From positions 2,620,563 through 2,644,562 of the forward strand of contig OZ245942.1 of NCBI GenBank assembly GCA_965230065.1: a stretch of 24,000 nucleotides of DNA, given 5' to 3'. Each line of letters begins with the position of its first letter. Within the stretch, counting starts at the first letter, position 1. Positions 14,736 to 23,487 of the stretch are shown here, piece after piece. A program made the translations under genes and the position numbers. The DNA comes from Cyclobacteriaceae bacterium (GTDB lineage Bacteria; Bacteroidota; Bacteroidia; Cytophagales; Cyclobacteriaceae). The notes under the pieces are model-generated. The model ran no database searches and had not been told where the DNA came from. It saw nothing but the letters and a program-made list of their open reading frames with translations.

Positions 14736-15647
14736 ATGAAGCAATCAGGCTATCTTTCTTTGTTGATTGTTTTACTGGGTTGTGCTACCCCTACCCGGCC
14801 GGAAATTGGCTTGCAGAAAGCCAATCTGAATGTTGACATACAAGGACATAGGGGATGCCGGGGCCTCATGCCCGAAAACACGATACCTGCTTTTCTTAAA
14901 GCTTTGGAAATTGGTGTTACTACCCTGGAAATGGATGTAGTCATCACCCGGGACCAGCAAGTGTTGGTTTCTCATGAACCGTTCCTTTCCCACAAAATCT
15001 GTTTTGGCCCTGATGGAGAAGAAATTACCGAAGAAGAGGAAAAAGGTTACAATCTGTATGAAATGACATATGAAGAAATCAGCCGGTGTGATTGTGGTTC
15101 AAAAGAGCTGATGGGGTTTCCTAATCAAAAAAAGATGGTAGTTGCGAAACCTTTGCTAACGGATGTTATCGACTCAGTTGAGTTTTATCTCCGTAAACAT
15201 GCACTGCCTCCTGTCCATTTTAATATTGAGACTAAATCTTTGCCAGAAGGAGATAATGTTTTTCATCCCGAGCCCCGCGCATTTGTAGATTTACTGATGG
15301 GCGTTTTGGAAGAAAAAAGCATTGAGGAGAGGGCTATTATTCAATCTTTTGACATGCGTACATTGCAATATGCAAAAGAAGCTTATCCTGATATAAAACT
15401 TGCCCTGTTAATTGCAAACAAGGACCAACCCCGGAAAAATATAGAAAAGCTGGGGTTTACGCCAGACATTTACAGTCCGTATTACCTGTTGGTGAACGAA
15501 AAACTTTTAACCTATGCAGATGGACAAAACATGCGGGTGATTCCCTGGACTGTGAATGAGCCTGAAGAAATTAAAAGGATTTTGTCGATGGGGGTAGACG
15601 GTATCATTACAGACTACCCTGATCGGGCCTTGTCAATTATACAGTAA
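14736..15647 (+). CDS. Glycerophosphodiester phosphodiesterase (GDPD family) lipoprotein
   Basis: The product is 303 aa. The signal peptide has the lipobox LLGC. HRGCRGLMPENTIPAF, LEMDVVITRDQQVLVSHE, ...VIPWTVNE... and DGIITDYPD are GDPD motifs. Confidence 0.9.
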   Translation: MKQSGYLSLLIVLLGCATPTRPEIGLQKANLNVDIQGHRGCRGLMPENTIPAFLKALEIGVTTLEMDVVITRDQQVLVSHEPFLSHKICFGPDGEEITEEEEKGYNLYEMTYEEISRCDCGSKELMGFPNQKKMVVAKPLLTDVIDSVEFYLRKHALPPVHFNIETKSLPEGDNVFHPEPRAFVDLLMGVLEEKSIEERAIIQSFDMRTLQYAKEAYPDIKLALLIANKDQPRKNIEKLGFTPDIYSPYYLLVNEKLLTYADGQNMRVIPWTVNEPEEIKRILSMGVDGIITDYPDRALSIIQ

Positions 15648-15663
15648 ATACAGTAGAGAATAC

Positions 15664-16230
15664 TTACCGTCCTTTTTTCTCAACCATAAAGCCTTCGGCA
15701 AATACGCGGTATTGGTCAAAGATAGAACGCACAGCCCCTTGCAGGTACCGCTTGTCGTTGAAATACTGGTTGCCAAATACGCCGGACGCATATCCCTGCC
15801 AAATTGACTTTTTGCGTTCCCTGTCATAAAACAACACCAGCAAAGTGCCTTGCCGGAGGTTGTATTTTACAGGATCCATCTCTTTGTCAATACTTTCTTC
15901 ATATTCTATGAAAAGCTCAAGTTCGGGCTGGTTATACCCGGTAAAGTTGAGGCTATCGTAGAAAATCTTGTAAGAAAGCAGTAGGCGGGGATTGTTGGAT
16001 GAAAGCTGGTATCCTTGTAATTCCATCCGTGCACGAATCGCATCCTCTATAATTTGATTTTGCAGGCTGGAATCTTCGCCAGAGCTTTTGGTATCCAGAA
16101 AGTTGAACGTTTTGTATTTCCTGAAATCCCCGTAATAACTGTAATCTGACTCTACGGGAAACTCTTTGTAACCAAAACAACCGACTAAGAAAATTAGCCC
16201 CAGGAGAGAAAGGGAAAGAAATCTTTTCAT
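15664..16230 (-). CDS. DUF4136 domain lipoprotein
   Basis: The product is 188 aa and starts MKRFLSLSLLGLIFLVGC, which has a lipobox. GTLLVLFYDRERKKSIWQGYASGV is the characteristic DUF4136 C-terminal block. Confidence 0.75.
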   Translation of the reverse strand: MKRFLSLSLLGLIFLVGCFGYKEFPVESDYSYYGDFRKYKTFNFLDTKSSGEDSSLQNQIIEDAIRARMELQGYQLSSNNPRLLLSYKIFYDSLNFTGYNQPELELFIEYEESIDKEMDPVKYNLRQGTLLVLFYDRERKKSIWQGYASGVFGNQYFNDKRYLQGAVRSIFDQYRVFAEGFMVEKKGR

Positions 16231-16375
16231 AAGCTATACAGGCTAGAATTGTATAATAAGAAAATAAATATAATGATATTTTAGGTTTTAGCTAAGGATG
16301 AAGTGTTAATTTTTTCAAGAAAACTTCATTTTCTCCTTTTGTTTTATAACAAATAACCTTTCAAATCGTTTTCAG

Positions 16376-16397
16376 AAAGCCAAAATATTTTGGCTTT
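16376..16397 (-). terminator. Palindromic hairpin downstream of the symporter (bidirectional terminator-like)
   Basis: AAAGCCAAAATATTTTGGCTTT is a perfect palindrome with A/T runs on both sides. It lies about 80 nt past the symporter stop (16476). Confidence 0.6.
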
Positions 16398-16475
16398 GCG
16401 TTGCAATCTCAATAGATAACTCAAGCTTATCTGTCTGATTTACGACAATTCTGGTATCACCGGATTTGATAAAGC

Positions 16476-18164
16476 CTAAACATTAATTTTTTCGGCATCT
16501 GCTTTGGGATATCGGATTCTCTCTACCAAATCCTGTACGTCATCAGGCGGGGGCGGAGAAAACCTGGAAACTGCCAGGGCTACTGCAAAATTGATGAGCA
16601 TGCCCAGCGTACCAATGCCTTCGGGCGAAATACCAAACCACCAGTGGGTAGCATCGTTGGTTTCCGGACTAATAAATTTAAAATAAATAATGTAAGCTGC
16701 TGTAAAGGTGATGCCACTCACCATACCTGCAATAGCGCCCTGCTTGTTCATGCGCTTGCTGAAGATTCCCAGAATAATGGCAGGAAAAAACGAAGAGGCA
16801 GCCAGCCCGAAAGCCAGCGCCACCACCTGCGCCACAAAACCGGGCGGGTTGATGCCGAAGTATCCGGCAATGATGACGGCCACAGCGGCTGCAATGCGTG
16901 CAGCGATGAGCTCGCCTTTGTCAGAAATATCAGGGATATACTGTTTCTTGAGTAAATCGTGGGAGATGGCAGTGGAAATTACCAGCAACAACCCGGCGGC
17001 TGTAGAAAGGGCTGCTGCCAAACCGCCTGCTGCCACCAGGGCAATTACCCAGTTAGGCAGTTGGGCAATTTCTGGGTTGGCCAGCACCATAATATCCCGG
17101 TCTATGGTAAGTTCATTGGTGGTTTCATTGCCGGTATATTGTATGTTCCCATCATTGTTCTTGTCCTCAAATGAGATAAGCCCCGTTTGCTCCCAGGTGT
17201 TAAACCATCCGGGAAGGTTGTCATAATCAGCATTATTTACTGTTTCTATCAGGTTTACGCGTGAAAACACGGCTACTGCCGGAGCTGTAGTGTACAAAAT
17301 AGCAATAAAAAGTAAGGCATAACCGGCTGAAATCCGTGCATCCTTTACTTTAGGCACTGTAAAAAAACGAACAATTACATGCGGCAGGCCTGCCGTGCCC
17401 ACCATCAGTGATGCCGTGATGAAAAACACATCAATGACAGGTTTGCTACCTTCGGTGTAAATATGAAAGCCAAGCTCCTGGTGCAAGCCATCCAGTTTGT
17501 CCAACAAATAGGAGCCATCTGCTACCGTACCGCCAAACCCTAACTGCGGAATAGGATTATCTGTGATAAGGATAGAAATAAAAATGGCAGGCACCATATA
17601 AGCAAAGATGAGCACACAATATTGGGCTACCTGGGTGTAAGTAATACCCTTCATGCCACCAAGTACGGCGTATATGAAAACAATCAGCATACCGATGAGG
17701 ACGCCGGTTTCCACTTCAGTTTCCAGAAAACGGGAAAATACCACACCTACGCCCCGCATTTGCCCGGCCACGTAAGTGAAGGAAACAAAAATAGCACAAA
17801 AAACAGCCACTGTACGGGCCGTGTTAGAGTAATACCGATCGCCTACAAAATCAGGCACAGTGAACTTTCCGAATTTACGAAGGTAAGGGGCAAGCAAAAG
17901 TGCCAGCAACACATAACCTCCTGTCCATCCCATCAGATACACTGAGGCGTCGTACCCACTGAAAGCAATGAGCCCGGCCATTGAAATAAAAGAAGCTGCA
18001 GACATCCAGTCTGCTGCCGTAGCCATGCCATTGGCTAAAGGATGCACGCCTCCCCCTGCTACATAAAAATCTTTGGTAGAACCGGCCCTTGACCAAAAAG
18101 CAATGCCAATGTATAAGGCAAAGCTCAGCCCCACTACCAGGTAAATCATTAATTGCAAATCCAT
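16476..18164 (-). CDS. Sodium:solute symporter family transporter (ActP/VC_2705-like cation/carboxylate symporter)
   Basis: The product is 562 aa and polytopic. The N-terminus ...WSRAGSTKDFYVAGGGVHPLANGMATAADWMSAASFISMAGLIAFSGYDASVYLMGWTGGYVLLALLLAPYLRKFGKFTVPDF is typical of ActP-type SSS transporters. It is preceded by a DUF4212 small subunit gene. Confidence 0.9.
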   Translation of the reverse strand: MDLQLMIYLVVGLSFALYIGIAFWSRAGSTKDFYVAGGGVHPLANGMATAADWMSAASFISMAGLIAFSGYDASVYLMGWTGGYVLLALLLAPYLRKFGKFTVPDFVGDRYYSNTARTVAVFCAIFVSFTYVAGQMRGVGVVFSRFLETEVETGVLIGMLIVFIYAVLGGMKGITYTQVAQYCVLIFAYMVPAIFISILITDNPIPQLGFGGTVADGSYLLDKLDGLHQELGFHIYTEGSKPVIDVFFITASLMVGTAGLPHVIVRFFTVPKVKDARISAGYALLFIAILYTTAPAVAVFSRVNLIETVNNADYDNLPGWFNTWEQTGLISFEDKNNDGNIQYTGNETTNELTIDRDIMVLANPEIAQLPNWVIALVAAGGLAAALSTAAGLLLVISTAISHDLLKKQYIPDISDKGELIAARIAAAVAVIIAGYFGINPPGFVAQVVALAFGLAASSFFPAIILGIFSKRMNKQGAIAGMVSGITFTAAYIIYFKFISPETNDATHWWFGISPEGIGTLGMLINFAVALAVSRFSPPPPDDVQDLVERIRYPKADAEKINV

Positions 18165-18202
18165 ACTATGTTAGTAGTTTAGGTTGTTGGTTAGTATAAA
18201 AA

Positions 18203-18267
18203 CTAATAGCTATTAGCTGCAAGCCACAAGCTTTTTTTGCTTGTAGCTTGTGGCTAGAAGCTATTGG
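18203..18267. repeat. Heptad-periodic long hairpin between the DUF4212 gene and the symporter
   Basis: In 7-nt units the sequence reads CTAATAG CTATTAG CTGCAAG CCACAAG CTTTTTT TGCTTGT AGCTTGT GGCTAGA AGCTATT. 18205-18231 pairs with 18239-18265 at 22 Watson-Crick positions out of 27, around a T7 loop (18232-18238). Confidence 0.8.
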
Positions 18268-18273
18268 CTTATC

Positions 18274-18537
18274 TCAATCTTCCCCCACCTCAAATTCCTT
18301 GTCCAGCCGGTTCATCAGCCAAACGTATACAAAAATCAAAATCAGGAATACATAAATAGCCCCTTGCTGGGCAAACCAGAAGCCTAGTTTAAACCCTCCG
18401 ATACGGATTTGGTTGAGCTGGTCTGCGAACAGAATGCCGCACCCGTATGATACCAGGAACCAGACAGATAAGAGGATGAGGAGGTAACGCAGGTTACGCT
18501 TCCAGTAAGCTTTCATTTTTTCTTTGTCCATAAGCAC
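18274..18537 (-). CDS. DUF4212 small membrane protein (putative solute symporter small subunit)
   Basis: The product is 87 aa with two TM helices. YWKRNLRYLLILLSVWFLVSYGCGILFADQLN...GGFKLGFWFAQQGAIYVF matches the DUF4212 pattern. It sits directly upstream of an SSS transporter, which is the canonical arrangement. Confidence 0.8.
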   Translation of the reverse strand: MLMDKEKMKAYWKRNLRYLLILLSVWFLVSYGCGILFADQLNQIRIGGFKLGFWFAQQGAIYVFLILIFVYVWLMNRLDKEFEVGED

Positions 18538-18750
18538 TGAACTTAGATTAGGGTCAAAACGATGAGGGAATCAAATATGGAAGCAGGCAAATTAATAAGT
18601 TTTTTGTTTATGCCATAATATTTGAAAAAGAATGCCTGTAAATGAAAAAATCTATCCATCCGTCAGGGTAACTTTTCAGCTTTTTTGGAAAGGATTCGTT
18701 AATAAATATATTAAATTGCCAAACTATTTTGGCTAAAATTTTTATAAACC

Positions 18751-19677
18751 ATGATCCAAATTACACGTTTGCTGGTAGCCCTAGACCTCACCGAAATGGA
18801 TGAGGTAATGGTTCAATATGTAGCTGATCTTTCGCGCCAGCTCAGCATTGAGAAAATTTATTTTGTGCATGTAGTAAAGAACCTTGAGCTTTCAGAAGAG
18901 ATACAAAAAAAATATCCTGAACTGCTCGCCCCGGTTGATGAAACCTGTGAGCGTGAAATGCAACAAACCCTGGATAAACATTATCCGAAAGATATTACCG
19001 CCACTTACGAAATTGATGTGGTAGAGGGCAATGCTTCTGAAAAAATCCTGAAATGGGCTAAGGTAAAAGAGGTAGACCTGATTGTGTTGGGAAAAAAATC
19101 AGATTTAAAAGGATCAGGGGTGAGAGCGCAAAAAATAGCCAAGCTTTCGCACTGCTCGGTGGTGTTTGTGCCGGAAGCACTTCCCCGCCCACCCAAAAAG
19201 ATTGTGGTTCCCATAGATTTTTCAGAAGATGCCAAACTCGCTTTGGCCGTGGCAAAAACAATGGCTGAAAAAAGCGAAAACGCTGAGGTTATCTGCCTGA
19301 ATGTATACAACGTGCCCACAGGCTACCATTACAGTGGCAAAAGCCGGGAAGAGTTTGCGGCCATTATGGAAGAAAATGCCAAAAAAGATCATAAAAAGTT
19401 CATGGCTTCCGTCAAAGAATTTGATACTGAAAATATTTCCGGCCACTTTGTGCTGAACGAAGGCAGCAAAGACATAGACGAAGAAATATATCAGTTTGCA
19501 CAAGATATCGAGGCTGATGCTATTCTGATTGGCTCCCGTGGAAAAACATCGGCAGCCCATTTGCTACTCGGCAGTACTGCTGAAAAGCTGCTGCATTTTA
19601 ACTACCATATCCCCGTATTTATGGTTAAAGATAAAAGTAAAAATATTGGCTTTTTAGAGGCTTTACTGAAAGTTTAA
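18751..19677 (+). CDS. Universal stress protein with tandem Usp domains
   Basis: The product is 308 aa with two Usp-like halves. The first is RLLVALDLTE...DLIVLGKKSDLKGSG...VVFVP. The second is KIVVPIDFSE...DAILIGSRGKTSAAHLLLGSTAEKLL...IPVFMV, which contains the G-x2-G-x9-G(S/T) ATP-binding motif. Confidence 0.85.
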   Translation: MIQITRLLVALDLTEMDEVMVQYVADLSRQLSIEKIYFVHVVKNLELSEEIQKKYPELLAPVDETCEREMQQTLDKHYPKDITATYEIDVVEGNASEKILKWAKVKEVDLIVLGKKSDLKGSGVRAQKIAKLSHCSVVFVPEALPRPPKKIVVPIDFSEDAKLALAVAKTMAEKSENAEVICLNVYNVPTGYHYSGKSREEFAAIMEENAKKDHKKFMASVKEFDTENISGHFVLNEGSKDIDEEIYQFAQDIEADAILIGSRGKTSAAHLLLGSTAEKLLHFNYHIPVFMVKDKSKNIGFLEALLKV

Positions 19678-19693
19678 AATGCGGTACAAGTGA

Positions 19694-19729
19694 CCGCCAC
19701 TTTTTGTGCAGCTCCACAAGAAGTGGCGG
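19694..19729 (+). terminator. Hairpin terminator candidate downstream of usp
   Basis: CCGCCACTT(T)TTGTG pairs with CACAA(G)AAGTGGCGG. That gives 14 Watson-Crick pairs plus one T-G wobble and a 6-nt loop, starting 17 nt after the usp stop. Confidence 0.6.
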
Positions 19730-19878
19730 AAAGTATTACTTTTGCACCTTATTCGGAGGATTTTCCCCACCAGGGGAAATGTACCCGGGGAAAGAAAATA
19801 AATTTAATTTTCCGTGGCGCATCCAAATGGGACAGGGCATCGTAAACCCTTTTTTGTAGTTTTTTTAAAAATTCCCGA

Positions 19879-20337
19879 ATGCAATATCTTATTTTGTTAT
19901 TGCCCCTGCTCATTGGCATGGGGGTAATTATACAATCCGGGGCAAATACGCAGTTGCGCGAAATTGTAGGTAATCCGTTTATGGCCGCCCTCATTTCTTT
20001 TGCTTCTGGCACAGTGGTGTTGATCCTGATTAACCTCTTTACCGGATTTCAGTCTCAGGGGCTGTCTTTACAAAATATACAACGCTCGAGCTGGTGGATG
20101 TGGACGGGTGGTATGTTGGGGGTGTTCTTTATTTGTTCTGTCATTTTTATGGCGCCCAAAGTTGGCCCTACCAAGCTGTTCGGCTTAATCATCGCCAGTC
20201 AACTCATATTTTCTGTGGTTGTAGACCACTTCGGGCTGTTAGGCTTTACAGAGCAACCTATTAATATCAAAAAATTGCTGGGCGTACTTATGCTCATTGG
20301 CGGCTCTTTCCTGATTCAATGGGGAAAAACAAGCTAA
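19879..20337 (+). CDS. DMT-superfamily membrane protein, DUF606 (YdcZ-like)
   Basis: The product is 152 aa with about 5 TM helices. MQYLILLLPLLIGMGVIIQSGANTQLREIVGNPFMAALISFASGT is the characteristic DUF606 N-terminus. Confidence 0.8.
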   Translation: MQYLILLLPLLIGMGVIIQSGANTQLREIVGNPFMAALISFASGTVVLILINLFTGFQSQGLSLQNIQRSSWWMWTGGMLGVFFICSVIFMAPKVGPTKLFGLIIASQLIFSVVVDHFGLLGFTEQPINIKKLLGVLMLIGGSFLIQWGKTS

Positions 20338-20346
20338 AAGCAAGCA

Positions 20347-20458
20347 CTAAGCCCCAAATTAATAAACCCTTATGGACAAGTTTTGAATTTGCTCATTTGA
20401 CCTTTGAAATTGTTTAGAATTTAGGATTTAGAACTTTGTGTTTAGGGCTTAGGGTTTG
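20347..20458. repeat. Heptad-periodic element related to the 2139-2243 element
   Basis: In 7-nt register the sequence reads TTTGAAT TTGCTCA TTTGACC TTTGAAA TTGTTTA GAATTTA GGATTTA GAACTTT GTGTTTA GGGCTTA GGGTTTG. It shares three strings with the first element: ATTTAGGATTTAG (20419-20431 and 2225-2237), TTAGGGTTTG (20449-20458 and 2234-2243) and CCCAAATTA (20353-20361 and 2165-2173). CTAAGCCC (20347-20354) is the inverted complement of GGGCTTAG (20445-20452). Confidence 0.7.
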
Positions 20459-20507
20459 AGATTATATTACCTTTGCCATAAACATCGCCAGAGAAGAGAA
20501 AACCAAC

Positions 20508-23438
20508 ATGGATACCAAATACCTAGAACAATTAGCTACCCGCCTGCAGGGCGCATTGCATTACGATAAAACCATGCGTACCCTGTACGCTACCGATGCC
20601 TCGGCTTATCAGGAATTGCCCCAGGCGGTGGCTATTCCGAAGACTGTAGAGGACATCAAAACCCTGGTACGCTTTGCCAATGAACACAAAACTTCCCTTA
20701 TTCCGCGTACAGCCGGCACTTCTCTGGCCGGGCAGGTGGTGGGGCATGGCATTGTGGTAGATGTTTCCCGGCATTTTACCAAAATATTGGAAGTAAATGA
20801 AGAAGAAAAATGGGTATGTGTACAACCGGGGGTAATTCGCGATGACCTGAATTATCACCTGGCTGAATATGGCCTTTTGTTTGGCCCTGAAACCTCTACT
20901 GCCAACCGGGCCATGATCGGTGGTATGGTGGGCAACAACTCATGCGGTTCCAACTCTGTAGTTTATGGCAGTACCCGGGAGCACCTGCGCGAAGTAAAAG
21001 CTATTTTGGCCGATGGTTCTGAAGCTGTTTTTAAAACTTTATCTACAGAAGAATTTGAAGCAAAATGCAATGCCACCGATGATTCGCTGGAAACAAAAAT
21101 TTACCAGGACGTACAAAAAATATTAGGCGAACCAGCCCATCAGGAAGAAATACGAAGCCAGTTTCCCAAACCCAGCATTCCGCGCCGGAATACCGGTTAT
21201 GCCGTAGACATGCTGCTGAATACAAGGCCTTTTACGCCCGGAGCCGATGATTTTAATATGTGCAAACTCATTGCCGGCTCGGAAGGAACGCTGGCTTTTA
21301 TCACAGAAATAAAACTTAGCCTGTTACCCGTGCCCCCGCCCACCAAAGGGCTGGTGTGTGCGCATTTCAATACCGTAGACGAGTCGTTACGTGCCAACCT
21401 GATTGCGCTGAAATACAACCCTTCTGCCTGCGAGCTCATGGACCACCATGTGCTGGAATGTACCAAAGCCAACATTGAGCAGCGTGCCAACCGCTTTTTT
21501 GTACAGGGAGATCCCGGAGCTATTTTGGTGGTAGAACTTACTGAAAACTCAATGGAGGAAGTGGCACAGCAGTCGGCTGCCCTCATTGAAGAAATGAAAG
21601 CCAACAACCTGGGTTATCACTTCCCTTTGGTGAGCGGGGATGATATTAAAAAAGTATGGGCATTGCGCAAAGCTGGCCTGGGCCTGTTGAGTAATATCCC
21701 CGGCGATGCCAAAGCTGCCCCGGTGATTGAAGATACGGCCGTAGATGTACAAGACCTGCCCGAATATATCAGGGATTTCAACAAAATCCTGGATAAATAT
21801 GACATGCATTGCGTACACTACGCCCACGCCGGTTCGGGTGAGTTGCACCTGCGCCCCATGATTAACCTCAAGACCGAAGAAGGCAACAAAATGTTCCGCA
21901 CCATTGCCGAAGAAATTGCCCAACTGGTGAAAAAATACCGGGGTTCCCTCAGTGGAGAACATGGCGATGGCCGACTACGGGGTGAGTTTATTGCTTTTAT
22001 GGTGGGGGAAAAAAATTACGCATTGCTCAAAGAGGTCAAAAAGGCGTGGGACCCAAACAATATTTTCAATCCTGGCAAAATTGTAGATACGCCTTCTATG
22101 AATACCCAGTTGCGGTATACGCCCGGGCAAGATACGCCTCAGTTTGATACCATGCTGGATTTCAGCCAGTTTAACGGTATTTTGCGGGCTGCTGAGCAGT
22201 GCAACGGTTCCGGTGATTGCCGAAAAACAGAACTTACCGGAGGCACTATGTGCCCGAGTTACATGGCTACCCGCAATGAAAAAGACACCACCCGGGCCAG
22301 GGCCAATATTTTGCGCGAATTTTTGACTCACTCTACCAAAGAAAACCGCTTTGACCACGACGAAATCAAAGATGTGATGGATTTGTGCCTTTCTTGCAAA
22401 GGGTGTAAATCAGAATGTCCTTCCAATGTGGATGTGGGGAAAATGAAAGCTGAGTTTTTGCATCATTATCATGAAGCCAATGGCATTCCTTTGCGTACAC
22501 GTATGATTGGTAATTTCTCGAAAATGATGGCGTTGGGTGCGCTTACGCCGGGGTTGTATAACTGGGCAGCTAAAAACAAAGCCATTTCTTCACTCATTAA
22601 AAGCACCATCGGGTTTGCCCCGAATCGTTCGCTGCCTCCTTTGCACAGCAGCACCCTGCGTAAATGGTTTTCCAAACATAAACCGCAGATGGGTACGGGT
22701 GAAAAAAAAGGGAAAGTATACCTTTTTTGCGATGAGTTTACCAACTATAACGATACCGATGTTGGCATTAAAACAGTGCTTTTGCTGGAAAAGCTGGGTT
22801 ATGAAGTAGAAATACCAAAACATACGGAAAGCGGGCGTAGCTATCTTTCTAAAGGAATGCTGAAAGAAGCGCTGAAGCTGGCCAAAAGGAATATTAATTC
22901 CCTAAAAGGGCTAATTACCAAGGAAGCCCCACTGGTGGGCATAGAGCCTTCCGCCATACTCACTTTCCGTGACGAGTATGTTGATTTGACCAAAGGGGAA
23001 ACACAGGAAGCCGCCCAAAAAATTGCCGAAAACACTTTTTTGTTGGATGAATTCATTGCCCGTGAGATAGACAAAGGAAGAATTTCAAAAGATGTTTTTA
23101 CGCAGGAAAAGCGCATCATCAAATTGCACGGGCATTGCCATCAAAAATCGCTGGTGGGCCTGGTGCCTACCAAAAAAGCACTTTCACTGCCCGAAAATTA
23201 CGAAGTACACCTCATCCGCTCAGGATGCTGTGGTATGGCCGGTTCTTTTGGGTATGAAAAAGAGCATTACGAAGTTTCAATGAAAGTGGGGGAACTGATA
23301 TTGTTCCCAACCGTGCGCAAACAGGCAGATGATGTCATCATTGCCGCTTCTGGTACCAGTTGCCGTCACCAAATCAAAGATGGCGTGGGAAGGAAGGCAT
23401 TGCATACGGCGGAGATTTTGTATGAAGCACTCTGTTAA
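20508..23438 (+). CDS. FAD-linked oxidase fused to a 4Fe-4S / CCG-domain oxidoreductase (E. coli YdiJ-like architecture; probable 2-hydroxyacid dehydrogenase)
   Basis: The product is 976 aa. The N-terminal FAD-binding PCMH-type region contains IPRTAGTSLAGQ and GNNSCGS, followed by the FAD-oxidase C-terminal block SGEHGDGRLRGEF. The middle carries ferredoxin-type cysteine clusters (CNGSGDCRK...CPSY and CLSCKGCKSECPSNVD). The C-terminus has a CCG-type motif (GCCGMAGSFGYEKEHY). Confidence 0.85.
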   Translation: MDTKYLEQLATRLQGALHYDKTMRTLYATDASAYQELPQAVAIPKTVEDIKTLVRFANEHKTSLIPRTAGTSLAGQVVGHGIVVDVSRHFTKILEVNEEEKWVCVQPGVIRDDLNYHLAEYGLLFGPETSTANRAMIGGMVGNNSCGSNSVVYGSTREHLREVKAILADGSEAVFKTLSTEEFEAKCNATDDSLETKIYQDVQKILGEPAHQEEIRSQFPKPSIPRRNTGYAVDMLLNTRPFTPGADDFNMCKLIAGSEGTLAFITEIKLSLLPVPPPTKGLVCAHFNTVDESLRANLIALKYNPSACELMDHHVLECTKANIEQRANRFFVQGDPGAILVVELTENSMEEVAQQSAALIEEMKANNLGYHFPLVSGDDIKKVWALRKAGLGLLSNIPGDAKAAPVIEDTAVDVQDLPEYIRDFNKILDKYDMHCVHYAHAGSGELHLRPMINLKTEEGNKMFRTIAEEIAQLVKKYRGSLSGEHGDGRLRGEFIAFMVGEKNYALLKEVKKAWDPNNIFNPGKIVDTPSMNTQLRYTPGQDTPQFDTMLDFSQFNGILRAAEQCNGSGDCRKTELTGGTMCPSYMATRNEKDTTRARANILREFLTHSTKENRFDHDEIKDVMDLCLSCKGCKSECPSNVDVGKMKAEFLHHYHEANGIPLRTRMIGNFSKMMALGALTPGLYNWAAKNKAISSLIKSTIGFAPNRSLPPLHSSTLRKWFSKHKPQMGTGEKKGKVYLFCDEFTNYNDTDVGIKTVLLLEKLGYEVEIPKHTESGRSYLSKGMLKEALKLAKRNINSLKGLITKEAPLVGIEPSAILTFRDEYVDLTKGETQEAAQKIAENTFLLDEFIAREIDKGRISKDVFTQEKRIIKLHGHCHQKSLVGLVPTKKALSLPENYEVHLIRSGCCGMAGSFGYEKEHYEVSMKVGELILFPTVRKQADDVIIAASGTSCRHQIKDGVGRKALHTAEILYEALC

Positions 23439-23487
23439 TTGTAGGGGATTTATTAACTTGATAAGAGAAATATAACTAAGGTTTGAT

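Noticed and set aside
16504-17226. + strand ORFs, including one of 172 aa, opposite the symporter.
   Set aside because: They are antisense to a well-supported polytopic transporter gene. Their Ala/Pro/Ser-rich composition is typical of shadow frames.
19749-20012. An 87-aa minus-strand ORF spanning the usp-DUF606 spacer and the start of the DUF606 gene.
   Set aside because: It overlaps the strongly supported DUF606 N-terminus on the opposite strand and covers hairpin-rich spacer DNA. It has no family resemblance.
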